The position numbers and the translations under genes were made by a program. Source: Candidatus Methylacidiphilales bacterium (lineage in GTDB: Bacteria > Verrucomicrobiota > Verrucomicrobiia > Methylacidiphilales > JBCBYL01). From it: a DNA stretch of 64,000 bases. The notes below the pieces were generated by a model. It saw nothing but the letters and a program-made list of their open reading frames with translations. It had not been told where the DNA came from and ran no database searches. Where the stretch lies: NCBI GenBank assembly GCA_050329585.1, contig JBHJOR010000010.1:26132-90131 (forward strand), read 5' to 3'. Every line of letters starts with the position of its first letter. Position 1 is the stretch's first letter. Shown one piece after another: positions 9,568 to 19,200 of the stretch.

Positions 9568-11091
9568 TTATCCCCAGATTTGGCGGTCCAGCGATCGGAA
9601 TTGAACCGCTTCAGCCACATGATCGGCCACGATGTCCTCCATCCCCGCCAGATCGGCAATGGTGCGGGCCACTTTGAGAATACGGTCATAAGCGCGGGCA
9701 CTCAGGTTTTTATCTTTCATCGCAAAGGCCAGCAGATTTTTTGAATCCTCGTCTAGATGGATAAACTGTCGGATTTCGCGTGTTCCCATCTGGCTGTTGC
9801 TAAAAAGTTTTTTACCCTTGAGGCGATGAAGCTGACGCTGGCGAGCGGCGATGACTCTCTCACGAATAACCGAAGAGGCTTCGGATTGTCCCGCCTCCAT
9901 GAGTGCTTCTGTTTTCAAGGCGGGAACTTCGATGTGCAAATCGATGCGATCCAGCAACGGGCCTGAAATCTTAGCCAGATAACGTTGCGCCTGTGCGGCG
10001 GTGACACGGCCGGTCTGAACATCGGCAAATTGACCCGTGGGGGTGGGGTTCATGGCTGCTACCAACATGAACTTGGCAGGGAAGGTGAAGGTTCCGGCAG
10101 CGCGGGAGATGGTGACATGACCGTCTTCAAGGGGTTGGCGCAGGACTTCCAAGGCTGAACGCTTGAACTCGGGCAGTTCATCCAGAAAGAGAACCCCATG
10201 ATGGGCCAGGCTGACCTCGCCGGGTGTGGGTTGGGTCGAGCCTCCTACTAACCCGACATCGGAGATCGTATGGTGTGGACTCCGAAAGGGACGTGAGCGA
10301 ATCAAACCCTCACCTGCCGAGACCATGCCCACCACACTATGAATACGTGTGGCTTCAAGTGCTTCTTCCAACGTTAGCGGGGGCAAGATCGATGGCAGTC
10401 GTTTGGCTAACATGCTTTTACCGGATCCGGGTGGACCGATCATCAGAACATTGTGTGATCCGGCTGCGGCGATTTCCAAAGCGCGTTTGACCGATTCCTG
10501 TCCCTTGACCTCCGAGAAGTCCGGTAGATGTGCGGGAACCGTTTCATCCAGATCCTTCCAAGGCAGCGGATCCGCGTGGCGTTGACCGGTAAGTATCTCC
10601 GCCACTTGTCTGAGATTGCTGGCCGCATGAACCTCTAAACCCTGAACCACTGAAGCCTCACCTCCATTCTCAGCTGGAACAATCAGATGGGTGAAACCTT
10701 TTTCGCGTGCCGCCAAGGCGATTGGAAGCACCCCGTTGACCCGTCGTATGGCACCGGTGAGGGCGAGTTCCCCCACAATCAACACGCGTTCCCAGATGGG
10801 GAGGGGAATTTGGCTGGATGCATGAAGCATTCCCAGCGCCATCGGCAAATCGAAAAGCGGCCCTTCTTTTTTGAGATCAGCGGGTGCGAGGTTGACCGTG
10901 ATGCGTCCAGAGGGAAGCTGGTAGCCGGAATTGCGCAGGGCACTGCGCACCCGCTCATTGGATTCCTTCACTGCGGTATCGGGCAGGCCGACCAGTGCGA
11001 AGATTTCTTTGCCAAAGGAAACATCTACCTCCACTTCTACCGGATGGGCATTGACGCCGACCACGGCGGCGGAATAAACACGCGAGAGCAT
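9568..11091 (-). CDS. comM: YifB/ComM-family Mg-chelatase-like AAA+ ATPase
   Basis: Lon-protease-like N-terminal domain '[18 protein letters not shown]'. Walker A 'GPPGSGKSM'. '[11 protein letters not shown]' and '[17 protein letters not shown]'. Confidence 0.9.
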   Translation of the reverse strand: MLSRVYSAAVVGVNAHPVEVEVDVSFGKEIFALVGLPDTAVKESNERVRSALRNSGYQLPSGRITVNLAPADLKKEGPLFDLPMALGMLHASSQIPLPIWERVLIVGELALTGAIRRVNGVLPIALAAREKGFTHLIVPAENGGEASVVQGLEVHAASNLRQVAEILTGQRHADPLPWKDLDETVPAHLPDFSEVKGQESVKRALEIAAAGSHNVLMIGPPGSGKSMLAKRLPSILPPLTLEEALEATRIHSVVGMVSAGEGLIRSRPFRSPHHTISDVGLVGGSTQPTPGEVSLAHHGVLFLDELPEFKRSALEVLRQPLEDGHVTISRAAGTFTFPAKFMLVAAMNPTPTGQFADVQTGRVTAAQAQRYLAKISGPLLDRIDLHIEVPALKTEALMEAGQSEASSVIRERVIAARQRQLHRLKGKKLFSNSQMGTREIRQFIHLDEDSKNLLAFAMKDKNLSARAYDRILKVARTIADLAGMEDIVADHVAEAVQFRSLDRQIWG

Positions 11092-11195
11092 CGCGCCAAA
11101 TTAGCCTGCTAGCTGGAACTGGCAACCCCACAAAACATTCGGAATACGGAGAAAAAGTGTTCCTCACTTCATGATGAAAAGTGAAGACGGTTGTT

Positions 11196-13958
11196 CTAGA
11201 GCACTCTTTCACGGTGCAGGGTGGGATCGATGACCTGACGGGCGGCGTCTACAACAAATGGCAAGGGAAGGAACTGACGGATACGTTCCAGAAGTTCGGC
11301 ACTACCGGAAATCAACTCCGGGTGCGAAACATCCAAAAAGGTGAAGTTGGGACGTGACACCGTCGCCTTCAGGGAGCGATTCAACAGATCCTGAAACGAG
11401 GATTCCATGGCTTCTTTGGAGAGGGTGGGAGGTGTCTTTCCCAGACGGCTTAACATGGCAAGCTGGGATTGCACCACTTCGGCGACGGGGCGGCGCATCA
11501 TCAGAACAAAATACTGTTCCCCATCCGGTAAATGCGGCAGCAAAGGAGCCACCACCTTTAATGCCCGACCGCGGGCTTCGGGTAACCATGTGTCGTTTTC
11601 TGCCAAGGTGCGCACCCGGTTATCTTCCCAGTAGCCACGCGGGTTGTTGTTATCAGGCTGGCGCAGAGGGTCGTGCACCAGTGGCACTCCACCAGCTTGC
11701 AACATTTGCATCATCAATGAGGTGCCGCTGCGGGGCAAGCCGGACACGATCACAATGGGAGCATGATGCGGTGTATGTGCGGGTTTTTTAGAAGTAGTTT
11801 CTGCCGGTGTTTTCGGTGGTGGCGACGGTTCTGCGGCAACCTGTTTAGACCGTATTTGACGAACCGTTTGTACCTGAAGTTGGTACTGCGCGGCTCGGGC
11901 CGGGTCGGGGATGCTGGATTGGTAGAGTCGGGTCAAAAGCAGATACGGTTTCAACCAACAGGGAGCCTGCCGGGTGGCTACTTCCCACTCCACTGCCGCA
12001 TCCGCATAGCGTTGCAGTCGCCAGAGGCAAGCACCCACCAGGACGTGTAATGAGGGCTGAAAGTAGATAAAAGAAAGCGACTGAACGGCATCCTCAAGTG
12101 CCAGTTCCCAATTTCGTAAACGATAGTTTGCCTGTGCTCGCAATGCTAATATGCGAACGTCTGTTGGATCGCGATCCAGTGCCCGAGCACACCAGAAAAT
12201 GCTCTGTGACCAATCGCCTAAGTTATGGTAAGCCCGTGCCAGCAGAGTGGTGTAAGCGGGATGAGTTCCGGCATGAGAATGGAGTTGTTGCAGGGCTTCT
12301 CTTGCTTTGGAATAATCACCTTCAGCGATCCATTGGTTGATGCGCAACCAGAGCAGGGTGCCGGAAATACCCCGTGAAAGTTCGACCCGTTTACGTCGAT
12401 CAAAACGCTTTTTTTCTGCTTGGGGACTGCGGTCGTTTGGATCATCGGGCGTGACAGTTTCTTCCTCCGCCTGCAGCTCGTTACGAGCTTTTTCTTGGTA
12501 AAGTTTGGAGCGTTGTTCCAGAAGATCGATGATGCGGGCGCGCGGTTCGAGATCTTTGGTTCTGAGTTTTAAGTCTGCCAGCAGGATGCCGAAGCGGTGC
12601 TCGTGGGGAAACTCTTCCCAAATAGGCTCCATGAGCGATGCGGCTTCGGCAGCCCGACCGGTTTCTCCAAGGCTGCGGGCGAGGTTATAAGCTTGTTCAG
12701 CGCGACAGGTTCGAACGTTGTGATGAGGGTCGTCATCCGGCGGGGCAATATAGCCGAGATCCACCAGCTGGTTCATCAAATGTGAATCCAACTCTTCCTC
12801 AATGAAAGGGCTCTCCGGCGGCAGACGGGCATCTTCTCCGTCTATTTTCTCCCAAGAGTCGATGTAGGAGAGGCCATTCGGATCCGTAAAGATCGAACGC
12901 TGCGGACCTGCGGTCATGTCCAGACCGTAGGGCACTTCACAGAGTGCCAGTAGAGTAGGGCAGATGTGCAGTAGCGAAGTTCCATAAACGGGTTCCCCTT
13001 TTTTGATTGCCGGCCCTGTGGCGACAAAGATTCCGAAAGAGCGGTGCTCATAGGCCGGACCGGCGGGCTCCACCGGCAGCACCGGAACCCGGAGATGATC
13101 ACTATGAAATCCGTGATCGGATACCAGCATTACCGTGGTGTCGGGGCTGATGTGTGCCAGCATCATGCCCAACATGGCGTCGTGATAGCGGTACGCATTG
13201 GCGACGATCGGGGAGAAAAGACGGAACTTTTTTTCATCCACCCAAGGCATGCGGGGAGGGTGGAAGGACATGAAGCGGTGGCTGAAGTGATCCAGGCTGT
13301 CATGATAAACGGCCAGCACATCCCAGTCCTGTTGTTCGAGGATTTCCAGCGCGGCATTATGATTGGTGACGGTTTCGGCGATGATTTTGGCCAGATCGTG
13401 CAGCGATTTATCTTTTTCTTGATCGACTTCATCCGCATGGGGACAGAAAAATTTCAGTATGGAGAGGTCGAGTTCCGTGGGGTTTACTCGAAGGGGAGCC
13501 AGTCGTTCTCTCCACTCGGGGGGATGGACGGAGTGGTGAGGAGGCATCGCGGAGGGAGCATGGCTGATCTCGCGGAAATGATTGGAGACCATGACTCCGC
13601 TGAGGGGTTCGACCGGGTGAGAAGGCCACCATCCGACAACCGAGACATTGAGTCCGTTTTGGTTGAGGATGTTCCAGAATGCTTTGGCGGTTCGGGATTG
13701 GTTGGAAACGGGACGAACTGAGCGGCCGTTGCGAGTGGGTTCGGTGAAACCGTGAATACCGTGATCGATAGGATGTTTACCGGTGGCGATGGATGTCCAC
13801 AACATAGGGCTCAGAGGGGGCTCCATGGTGGCGATGTTGCCATGGCAGCCACGGTCGATGAGGCTTTTGAGATGGGGCATCTCGCCGGCATCCAGCAGAG
13901 GCCGGATGACTTTCCAGTCGGCGGCATCCCATCCAATAAATAGAAGTTTTTTCGACAC
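11196..13958 (-). CDS. Tri-domain protein: type I phosphodiesterase/nucleotide pyrophosphatase (AlkP superfamily), TPR repeats, sulfotransferase
   Basis: N-terminal 'GWDAADW', 'HDSLDHFSH' and 'VSDHGF' are AlkP/NPP metal-site motifs. The middle has TPR-like helical repeats, e.g. 'ARAYHNLGDW', 'ALDRDP', 'LRAQANYRL'. The C-terminal 'VSGLPRSGTSLMMQML' is a sulfotransferase 5'-PSB-loop-like motif. Confidence 0.8.
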   Translation of the reverse strand: MSKKLLFIGWDAADWKVIRPLLDAGEMPHLKSLIDRGCHGNIATMEPPLSPMLWTSIATGKHPIDHGIHGFTEPTRNGRSVRPVSNQSRTAKAFWNILNQNGLNVSVVGWWPSHPVEPLSGVMVSNHFREISHAPSAMPPHHSVHPPEWRERLAPLRVNPTELDLSILKFFCPHADEVDQEKDKSLHDLAKIIAETVTNHNAALEILEQQDWDVLAVYHDSLDHFSHRFMSFHPPRMPWVDEKKFRLFSPIVANAYRYHDAMLGMMLAHISPDTTVMLVSDHGFHSDHLRVPVLPVEPAGPAYEHRSFGIFVATGPAIKKGEPVYGTSLLHICPTLLALCEVPYGLDMTAGPQRSIFTDPNGLSYIDSWEKIDGEDARLPPESPFIEEELDSHLMNQLVDLGYIAPPDDDPHHNVRTCRAEQAYNLARSLGETGRAAEAASLMEPIWEEFPHEHRFGILLADLKLRTKDLEPRARIIDLLEQRSKLYQEKARNELQAEEETVTPDDPNDRSPQAEKKRFDRRKRVELSRGISGTLLWLRINQWIAEGDYSKAREALQQLHSHAGTHPAYTTLLARAYHNLGDWSQSIFWCARALDRDPTDVRILALRAQANYRLRNWELALEDAVQSLSFIYFQPSLHVLVGACLWRLQRYADAAVEWEVATRQAPCWLKPYLLLTRLYQSSIPDPARAAQYQLQVQTVRQIRSKQVAAEPSPPPKTPAETTSKKPAHTPHHAPIVIVSGLPRSGTSLMMQMLQAGGVPLVHDPLRQPDNNNPRGYWEDNRVRTLAENDTWLPEARGRALKVVAPLLPHLPDGEQYFVLMMRRPVAEVVQSQLAMLSRLGKTPPTLSKEAMESSFQDLLNRSLKATVSRPNFTFLDVSHPELISGSAELLERIRQFLPLPFVVDAARQVIDPTLHRERVL

Positions 13959-14005
13959 AGCAAAAAACGAACAGAGAAAAATAGAAATAAATGGCTCGGT
14001 AGGGC

Positions 14006-14033
14006 AAAAAAAAGCCCCCGAGGAGGGGGCTTT
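14006..14033 (-). terminator. Intrinsic terminator of the PEP-CTERM gene
   Basis: On the minus strand, stem AGCCCCC/GGGGGCT with a 5-nt loop is followed by a run of 8 T (A-run 14006-13 on the plus strand). Confidence 0.7.
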
Positions 14034-14051
14034 AGAAAGTAGGTCGGAATT

Positions 14052-14723
14052 TTAGGCGGTTGTCTCAGCACTCTTGCGGGAGCGCCATGATTTGAGGCCT
14101 GTCGCTCCAGCTAAGAGAAGGCCAGCCGCTAAAAGAGCTTTGGACGAAGGCTCTGGTATCGTAATGCTAGCACCCGTGTTCTCGTAGGCATAGTCGTAGA
14201 CGGTTAGCACTGGTTTTTCGGTTGCACTAATGGAAAGCGTAATGCCAACCCATCCAAATTTTTGGATATTGCTATCTTCCGTATCAGTGAATCTGAATCC
14301 CAAATATCTTTTATCTGTGATAGCTGAGTTCGGAAAAAGGTTGTTAGTGGCACTCGAGGCAGTTCCACTCCAAGAGGCAATATTGACGGCACTACCAAAG
14401 TTTAGTGCACCTGAAATGGCATCATTTAGATTAAAAAAGATTGGATTGCTGTTAGTGCTAATACGAGCGATTTCAAAACCGTACCCCCCATTTAAAAAAA
14501 TATTTGCATCATTAGAGGCCGTATTGACATTGATAACAAGGTCATGAATTCCCGGCAGATCGATGCTGAAGGTGGTGAGGAAGCCTTGGCCGATCTGAAC
14601 ATCAGTGATGTCAGTGTAAATGATGGCGGCTTGACCCGATGCCGCAATGCTACCGGTGGCACCCGCAGAAAGGAGGGCAGTAAGTTTTTTATCCACTGAC
14701 CCGAACCGCAGATTGGTTTTCAT
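14052..14723 (-). CDS. PEP-CTERM sorting-domain secreted protein
   Basis: N-terminal signal-like 'LTALLSAGATGSIAASGQA'. The C-terminus 'IPEPSSKALLAAGLLLAGATGLKSWRSRK' has the PEP motif, TM helix and basic tail. Confidence 0.8.
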   Translation of the reverse strand: MKTNLRFGSVDKKLTALLSAGATGSIAASGQAAIIYTDITDVQIGQGFLTTFSIDLPGIHDLVINVNTASNDANIFLNGGYGFEIARISTNSNPIFFNLNDAISGALNFGSAVNIASWSGTASSATNNLFPNSAITDKRYLGFRFTDTEDSNIQKFGWVGITLSISATEKPVLTVYDYAYENTGASITIPEPSSKALLAAGLLLAGATGLKSWRSRKSAETTA

Positions 14724-14826
14724 TTACGATAAGTAAGCAGTTTTACTGATACATGTCAACCACGTGGTGGGTTACGATGGGGTGACTAGCGCCCCATCGC
14801 TTCTGAAGCGATCAGAATTTAGGAAA

Positions 14827-15867
14827 TTAACGCACGGCCACTACTTTGATCAGGGCATGCATACGCTGAGCACGATTTAGAATATTCGTTTCCTCTGAAG
14901 TGAGTGTTTCGCCTTGGGCTTGTTTGCCGCGGATGCGGGCCAAATTTTGGTTGAGTCGGGGGATCAGGGTGGCCGCTACAGTAAAGGTGGCGGAGTTAGC
15001 ACGGATGGTGGCCGCCTCATCGGGTGCGGGCGGAAAGCGCAGAATTTTAGGGGAGCCTCCCTGATCTGAGCTGACGATTCCGACCGATGTGCCGTCAGGT
15101 TGCAGCAGTTCCACGGTTCCCTCTTGGATCCACACATCGGTGACGTCGGGCAAAGCCACGGTAACAAAATCAGTTCCTCGTGCAGCGGCGATGCCACGCG
15201 GGGTGATCACTTTGTAATCTGTTGGACTATTACTCATGTTGACGTGCGAAAAGACGGCGCCTGATTGTAAGCGAACCTCGATTTGGTCGGTTTGATTTTG
15301 AAACTGACGTTGGATGGTGGCAAGCGTTCCAGGAATCAGACAAATGGCGTGGCTTCCTCCAACGTCCAAGCCAACACACCCTTCCGGCCCCACTTGGATG
15401 GTCGAGCCGACAGGTATTTCCTGATCGAGAGCAAGAGGGGTGGCGCTGGCGGCTCCCGGAAGTCTGGCTTCTGCGGTGCCGATCAGTGAAGCCACGCGAA
15501 CGGTATCTTTAGAAGCGGTGAGTGCGATGGGCTCGATCCAATCGACGATTAGTTCGAGATACACATGGGGACGCCCCAGCGCGGCGGCGGCATCGACCAG
15601 ATAGACCCCGCCGGATTGAAGGTATTGGCCGGGTCGCAACACCACTGGATTGGGTTCCAGCTTGCGCACGTCGCTTTCCAGATAAGCGGTAAATGTCTCC
15701 TCACCACGATACACCGCAAGTCCGCCTTCAGCAGCTATCGCGCTCGAGGGCTTCAAGAGCAAAAGAGACGAGAGTGTTAGTAAAATTAAAAAAACGGGAA
15801 AAACATTTACTGTCAAAGATTTAAGAATGGAATGGAATCCGCTTCTATTAATGAATGGTAGCCGCAA
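14827..15867 (-). CDS. FecR-domain-like secreted or anchored protein
   Basis: TTG start with N-terminal hydrophobic 'VFPVFLILLTLSSLLLL'. The segment 'ITPRGIAAARGTDFVTV' resembles the FecR-domain core. No anti-sigma N-terminal domain is recognisable. Confidence 0.55.
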   Translation of the reverse strand: MRLPFINRSGFHSILKSLTVNVFPVFLILLTLSSLLLLKPSSAIAAEGGLAVYRGEETFTAYLESDVRKLEPNPVVLRPGQYLQSGGVYLVDAAAALGRPHVYLELIVDWIEPIALTASKDTVRVASLIGTAEARLPGAASATPLALDQEIPVGSTIQVGPEGCVGLDVGGSHAICLIPGTLATIQRQFQNQTDQIEVRLQSGAVFSHVNMSNSPTDYKVITPRGIAAARGTDFVTVALPDVTDVWIQEGTVELLQPDGTSVGIVSSDQGGSPKILRFPPAPDEAATIRANSATFTVAATLIPRLNQNLARIRGKQAQGETLTSEETNILNRAQRMHALIKVVAVR

Positions 15868-15948
15868 AAAGTCAACCTAATACGGCTTGGTCAGAACGCC
15901 AAAACTTTTTTTAATGGCCTGCCGATTGGGAGGACACAGGATGAGTAA

Positions 15949-17430
15949 TCAGCGATAACCGGGAAGGTATTTAGATTCGGCCCGGAACATCTCCAAGGTC
16001 ATGGATTTGATTTCAGCGGGCGAACAGACAGCGGCGGTGAGGGGATCCAACATGAGGGAATGAATAGCGGCTTCCTTGCTGCGTTCGATCGCGGCGATAG
16101 CACCGAGTTCGAACATGGACATATTGGAAGAGCAGAGTGCCGCCATCTGCGGAGGCAGGGAGCCGTAGCGGGTGGGTTGAATGCCATTGGCATCAACCAG
16201 ACAGGCGACCTCCACGCAACCGTTGGCGGGCAGATTATCGATCAGCAGGGAGCCACCGCCCTGGGAGTCGTTCATGACATTTCCGTGAATGCGGAAGGGG
16301 CTGTTCTTCTGGTGGGCCTCAATAATCCAACTGGCATATTCCCAACTGCGTTCCCAGTCGATGGATTCTTTTCCACGGATCATATCGTGGCGCGACTGGT
16401 CAGCGTTTTGCCGCCAGGTGGGCCAGTTATCGGCATAAAAACTGGTGCCCCCGTCATAACCCTCGCGCGAGTAGGTTTCAACAAGATCCGGACGTTTGCG
16501 GTAGTAAGGCAGGTATTCTGAAAGATGGCCACTGGATTCGGTAATAAAGGCGCCGAAGTGGACCATCATGTCTTTGCGAACCAGATCGCAGTGCCATTCA
16601 GGTGGGGTGACGGAATAGTTTTCCGGGCGTCTTGGATCGGCTTGGCGTCCTTCCCTTGCGGCCCGGGCCAGATCGGCCTTGGCTTTTTTGATGAGCAGCG
16701 GGTAAAGATCCTTGCCATGATGCTCAAGTCGGGTGAACCATGCCAAGTGGTTGATTCCAGCACACTCCCAGCGCATTTCTGAATAGGCCACCTCAGCGCG
16801 GCGAGCTAGTAAGTGGCTGGTGCCCTGAACCGAGTGGCAAAGGCCGACCACCTGCATGGAGCTTTCCCAGCCGGCGGCCAGACACATCATGTTCATCGGA
16901 TTAGTGTAGTTGAGCACCAAGGCATCAGGACAAAGTCGCTCGGCATCCGCGAGCACATCCAGAAAAACCGGCACGGTTCGCAGGGCCTTGAAAAGACCGC
17001 CCGGTCCGATGGTATCTCCAATGCATTGGTTGATGCCGTAGCGTGCGGGAATATCATTATCATGGCGCACACACTCTACGCCGCTGACCTCGATGCAGTT
17101 GACCAGGTAGTCACTGCCTTTCATGACAGACGTGCGCTGAGTGGAGGCGATGACCTTCCAGTTGGTTTTCTTCAAGCGTGCGATGAGCTTGCGAATCAAT
17201 GCCGTCATCGTTTTAAGTCGCACAGGGTCGATATCCACGAGGGCGATGGTGCCGCCTTGAAGGCCCGGAATTCGAAGCACGTCGTTGACCAAACGTGGGG
17301 TGAACATACTGCCAGCACCCAGCATGGTGATTTGAATAGGTCGTTGGATCACACCGGGCAGGATGAACGCCTCCGCTTTCTGAATGTGTTCAGCGTGGCC
17401 TTTGGTTCGTTTTTTCGTGTTTTGAGGCAT
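15949..17430 (-). CDS. Glycoside hydrolase family 4 (NAD/Mn-dependent alpha-glucosidase or alpha-galactosidase-like)
   Basis: N-terminal Rossmann 'ITMLGAGSMFTPRLVNDV', 'NYTNPMNMM', 'GLCHSVQGT' and 'GINHLAWF' are typical GH4 blocks. Confidence 0.85.
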   Translation of the reverse strand: MPQNTKKRTKGHAEHIQKAEAFILPGVIQRPIQITMLGAGSMFTPRLVNDVLRIPGLQGGTIALVDIDPVRLKTMTALIRKLIARLKKTNWKVIASTQRTSVMKGSDYLVNCIEVSGVECVRHDNDIPARYGINQCIGDTIGPGGLFKALRTVPVFLDVLADAERLCPDALVLNYTNPMNMMCLAAGWESSMQVVGLCHSVQGTSHLLARRAEVAYSEMRWECAGINHLAWFTRLEHHGKDLYPLLIKKAKADLARAAREGRQADPRRPENYSVTPPEWHCDLVRKDMMVHFGAFITESSGHLSEYLPYYRKRPDLVETYSREGYDGGTSFYADNWPTWRQNADQSRHDMIRGKESIDWERSWEYASWIIEAHQKNSPFRIHGNVMNDSQGGGSLLIDNLPANGCVEVACLVDANGIQPTRYGSLPPQMAALCSSNMSMFELGAIAAIERSKEAAIHSLMLDPLTAAVCSPAEIKSMTLEMFRAESKYLPGYR

Positions 17431-17510
17431 TTTATGAAGCTGCCTTAAAAAGCCGATTTGGAAAGAATTTATGCGTGATTAAATTTAGCAATATGTGATA
17501 TATTAAAAAC

Positions 17511-18314
17511 ATGCTGATTGAAGCCTCGATGGGGAAAATAGCTGAAAAAACAAGTTCGAAGGGATATTACTTTGATAGTTCAGCACGTGGAAAGAAGCCT
17601 TATGTGATTGTGCAGTACACGTTGTCGGGTGAGGGGAGATTTGTGTGGAGGGGTGTAGATCAGGCCGTTCCTGCTGGATGGATGTTTATCGCGGTGGTTC
17701 CGGAGCACGCGATTTATTATTTTCCCCCCGATGCACACCAAGCTTGGACTTTTTCGTGGTTGAATTTTGAGGGGGAAACAGCGGTGCATTTATGGAAAGG
17801 ATTCCGTCAGCGTTTTGGATCGTTAGTCGATGTAGGATTGCCTAAAAAACGCATCGACACCTTTCATCGGCTCATCTCACAAGTCAGAACCACTGATTTG
17901 AGCCATGAGTTTGATTTTAGTCGCGAAACATATGGGTGGATGATGGAGTTGGCGGAGCATTTGGATGGTGGTGGATCCTATGGAGATGCGGCGGTGCGCC
18001 GGGCTGTCTCACGCATCAAGCGCCAACCGGATCGTCCTTTGGGTGTCAAGGAGATGGCGGCGCTTTCCGGGCTGACACGCGAGCATTTTACGCGCATTTT
18101 CCGTTCGGAGACGGGGCAAAGTCCTGCCCAGTATCGGCGGGAAACACAAATGAAGAGAGCGGCGGAACTGGTGACTTGCACCCGCTTTCCGATGTCGGAA
18201 ATAGCCCGACAATGTGGATACCCTGACAGTGCACGCTTTGGGCGCGCCTTTCGAAACAGGTTCGGCTGTTCTCCTCTACGCTTCCGTAAAGAGAGAAAAA
18301 AAACTGAATCATGA
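17511..18314 (+). CDS. AraC-family transcriptional regulator
   Basis: C-terminal double HTH: 'VKEMAALSGLTREHFTRIFRSETGQSPAQY' and 'MSEIARQCGYPDSARFGRAFRNRFGCSP'. It is divergent from the GH4 gene. Confidence 0.85.
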   Translation: MLIEASMGKIAEKTSSKGYYFDSSARGKKPYVIVQYTLSGEGRFVWRGVDQAVPAGWMFIAVVPEHAIYYFPPDAHQAWTFSWLNFEGETAVHLWKGFRQRFGSLVDVGLPKKRIDTFHRLISQVRTTDLSHEFDFSRETYGWMMELAEHLDGGGSYGDAAVRRAVSRIKRQPDRPLGVKEMAALSGLTREHFTRIFRSETGQSPAQYRRETQMKRAAELVTCTRFPMSEIARQCGYPDSARFGRAFRNRFGCSPLRFRKERKKTES

Positions 18315-18360
18315 CCAACTTTGCTTGGCAAGTCGGGCGGAATCGGTTTTGTTGGAGTGG

Positions 18361-19173
18361 ATGTTTAAAGAAAAAAGAAATAAATGGGCGTTAGCGGGAC
18401 TTATACTGGCAGCGGCAGGGGGTGTGTTTTGGGTGACCCACCTCTACCATCCGGGGCCGATGTGGGTAAATGATGATTTTGAAGATGGAGTGGATCCGGT
18501 CTGGATGTGGGAGATTGCCCATGAAGGACAGGCTCAGGTCGTCGCAGATCCCACTAATCCAACCAACCAAGTGATTTATTTCAAGATTAAGCGGGATGAT
18601 CCCAACGTTAAAAAATCCAAGCGGGTGGAGATTAAACTGGGCACCGTCAAAATGGGTAGTTCTTGGCGGTATGCTTTTTCGGCACTTTTGCCAGAGGATT
18701 ATGCCTTGGATCAATCTTCAGAGAATCTGGCCCAGTGGCATGAAATGCCAGACTTTATTTTGGGAGAGTTCTGGCGTAGCCCGCCGCTCAAAATCATGAC
18801 TCGTGATGGCCGATGGATATTAAACCGTAAGGTTTCAGATCTTAAGGTGAACCGATTTATTGGCTTGAAATCAAAAGCCATTCATACCGAATTCGACATC
18901 GATTTGGGGCCTGCTGAGAACATGAAGTGGGTGCGTTGGGAGTTTCACGTGAAGTGGTCCCATCGCGATGACGGAAGGCTTCTTGTTTTCAGGGACGGCG
19001 TGGAGGTTCACAACGTTTCCGGACCCACCACGTATAACGACTGGAAAGGCCCCTATTTTAAAATTGGCATGTACAAGCCGGACTGGACCGTTTACCCCGA
19101 ACGTTCGGTTCTTGAGATGCGGGATGTCTATTACGACGACATTCTGGCTGAGCCCATTGAAGACATGCCTTAG
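18361..19173 (+). CDS. Membrane-anchored polysaccharide-lyase-like / concanavalin-like protein
   Basis: I prefer the ATG at 18361 because the track start at 18214 overlaps the AraC gene. TM anchor 'WALAGLILAAAGGVFWV'. 'RVEIK', 'AQWHEMPDF' and 'PYFKIGMYK' resemble the heparin-lyase-I-like polysaccharide lyase family. Confidence 0.5.
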   Translation: MFKEKRNKWALAGLILAAAGGVFWVTHLYHPGPMWVNDDFEDGVDPVWMWEIAHEGQAQVVADPTNPTNQVIYFKIKRDDPNVKKSKRVEIKLGTVKMGSSWRYAFSALLPEDYALDQSSENLAQWHEMPDFILGEFWRSPPLKIMTRDGRWILNRKVSDLKVNRFIGLKSKAIHTEFDIDLGPAENMKWVRWEFHVKWSHRDDGRLLVFRDGVEVHNVSGPTTYNDWKGPYFKIGMYKPDWTVYPERSVLEMRDVYYDDILAEPIEDMP

Positions 19174-19200
19174 CAAAACAATCTCTAGGAAGTCGAGAAC

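Noticed and set aside
13044-13721. 225-aa plus-strand ORF
   Set aside because: It is antisense to the AlkP-domain region of the 920-aa gene, which has clear catalytic motifs. It has none of its own.
16813-17448. 211-aa plus-strand ORF (and 16060-16521)
   Set aside because: Both are antisense to the GH4 hydrolase gene, so I treat them as shadow ORFs.
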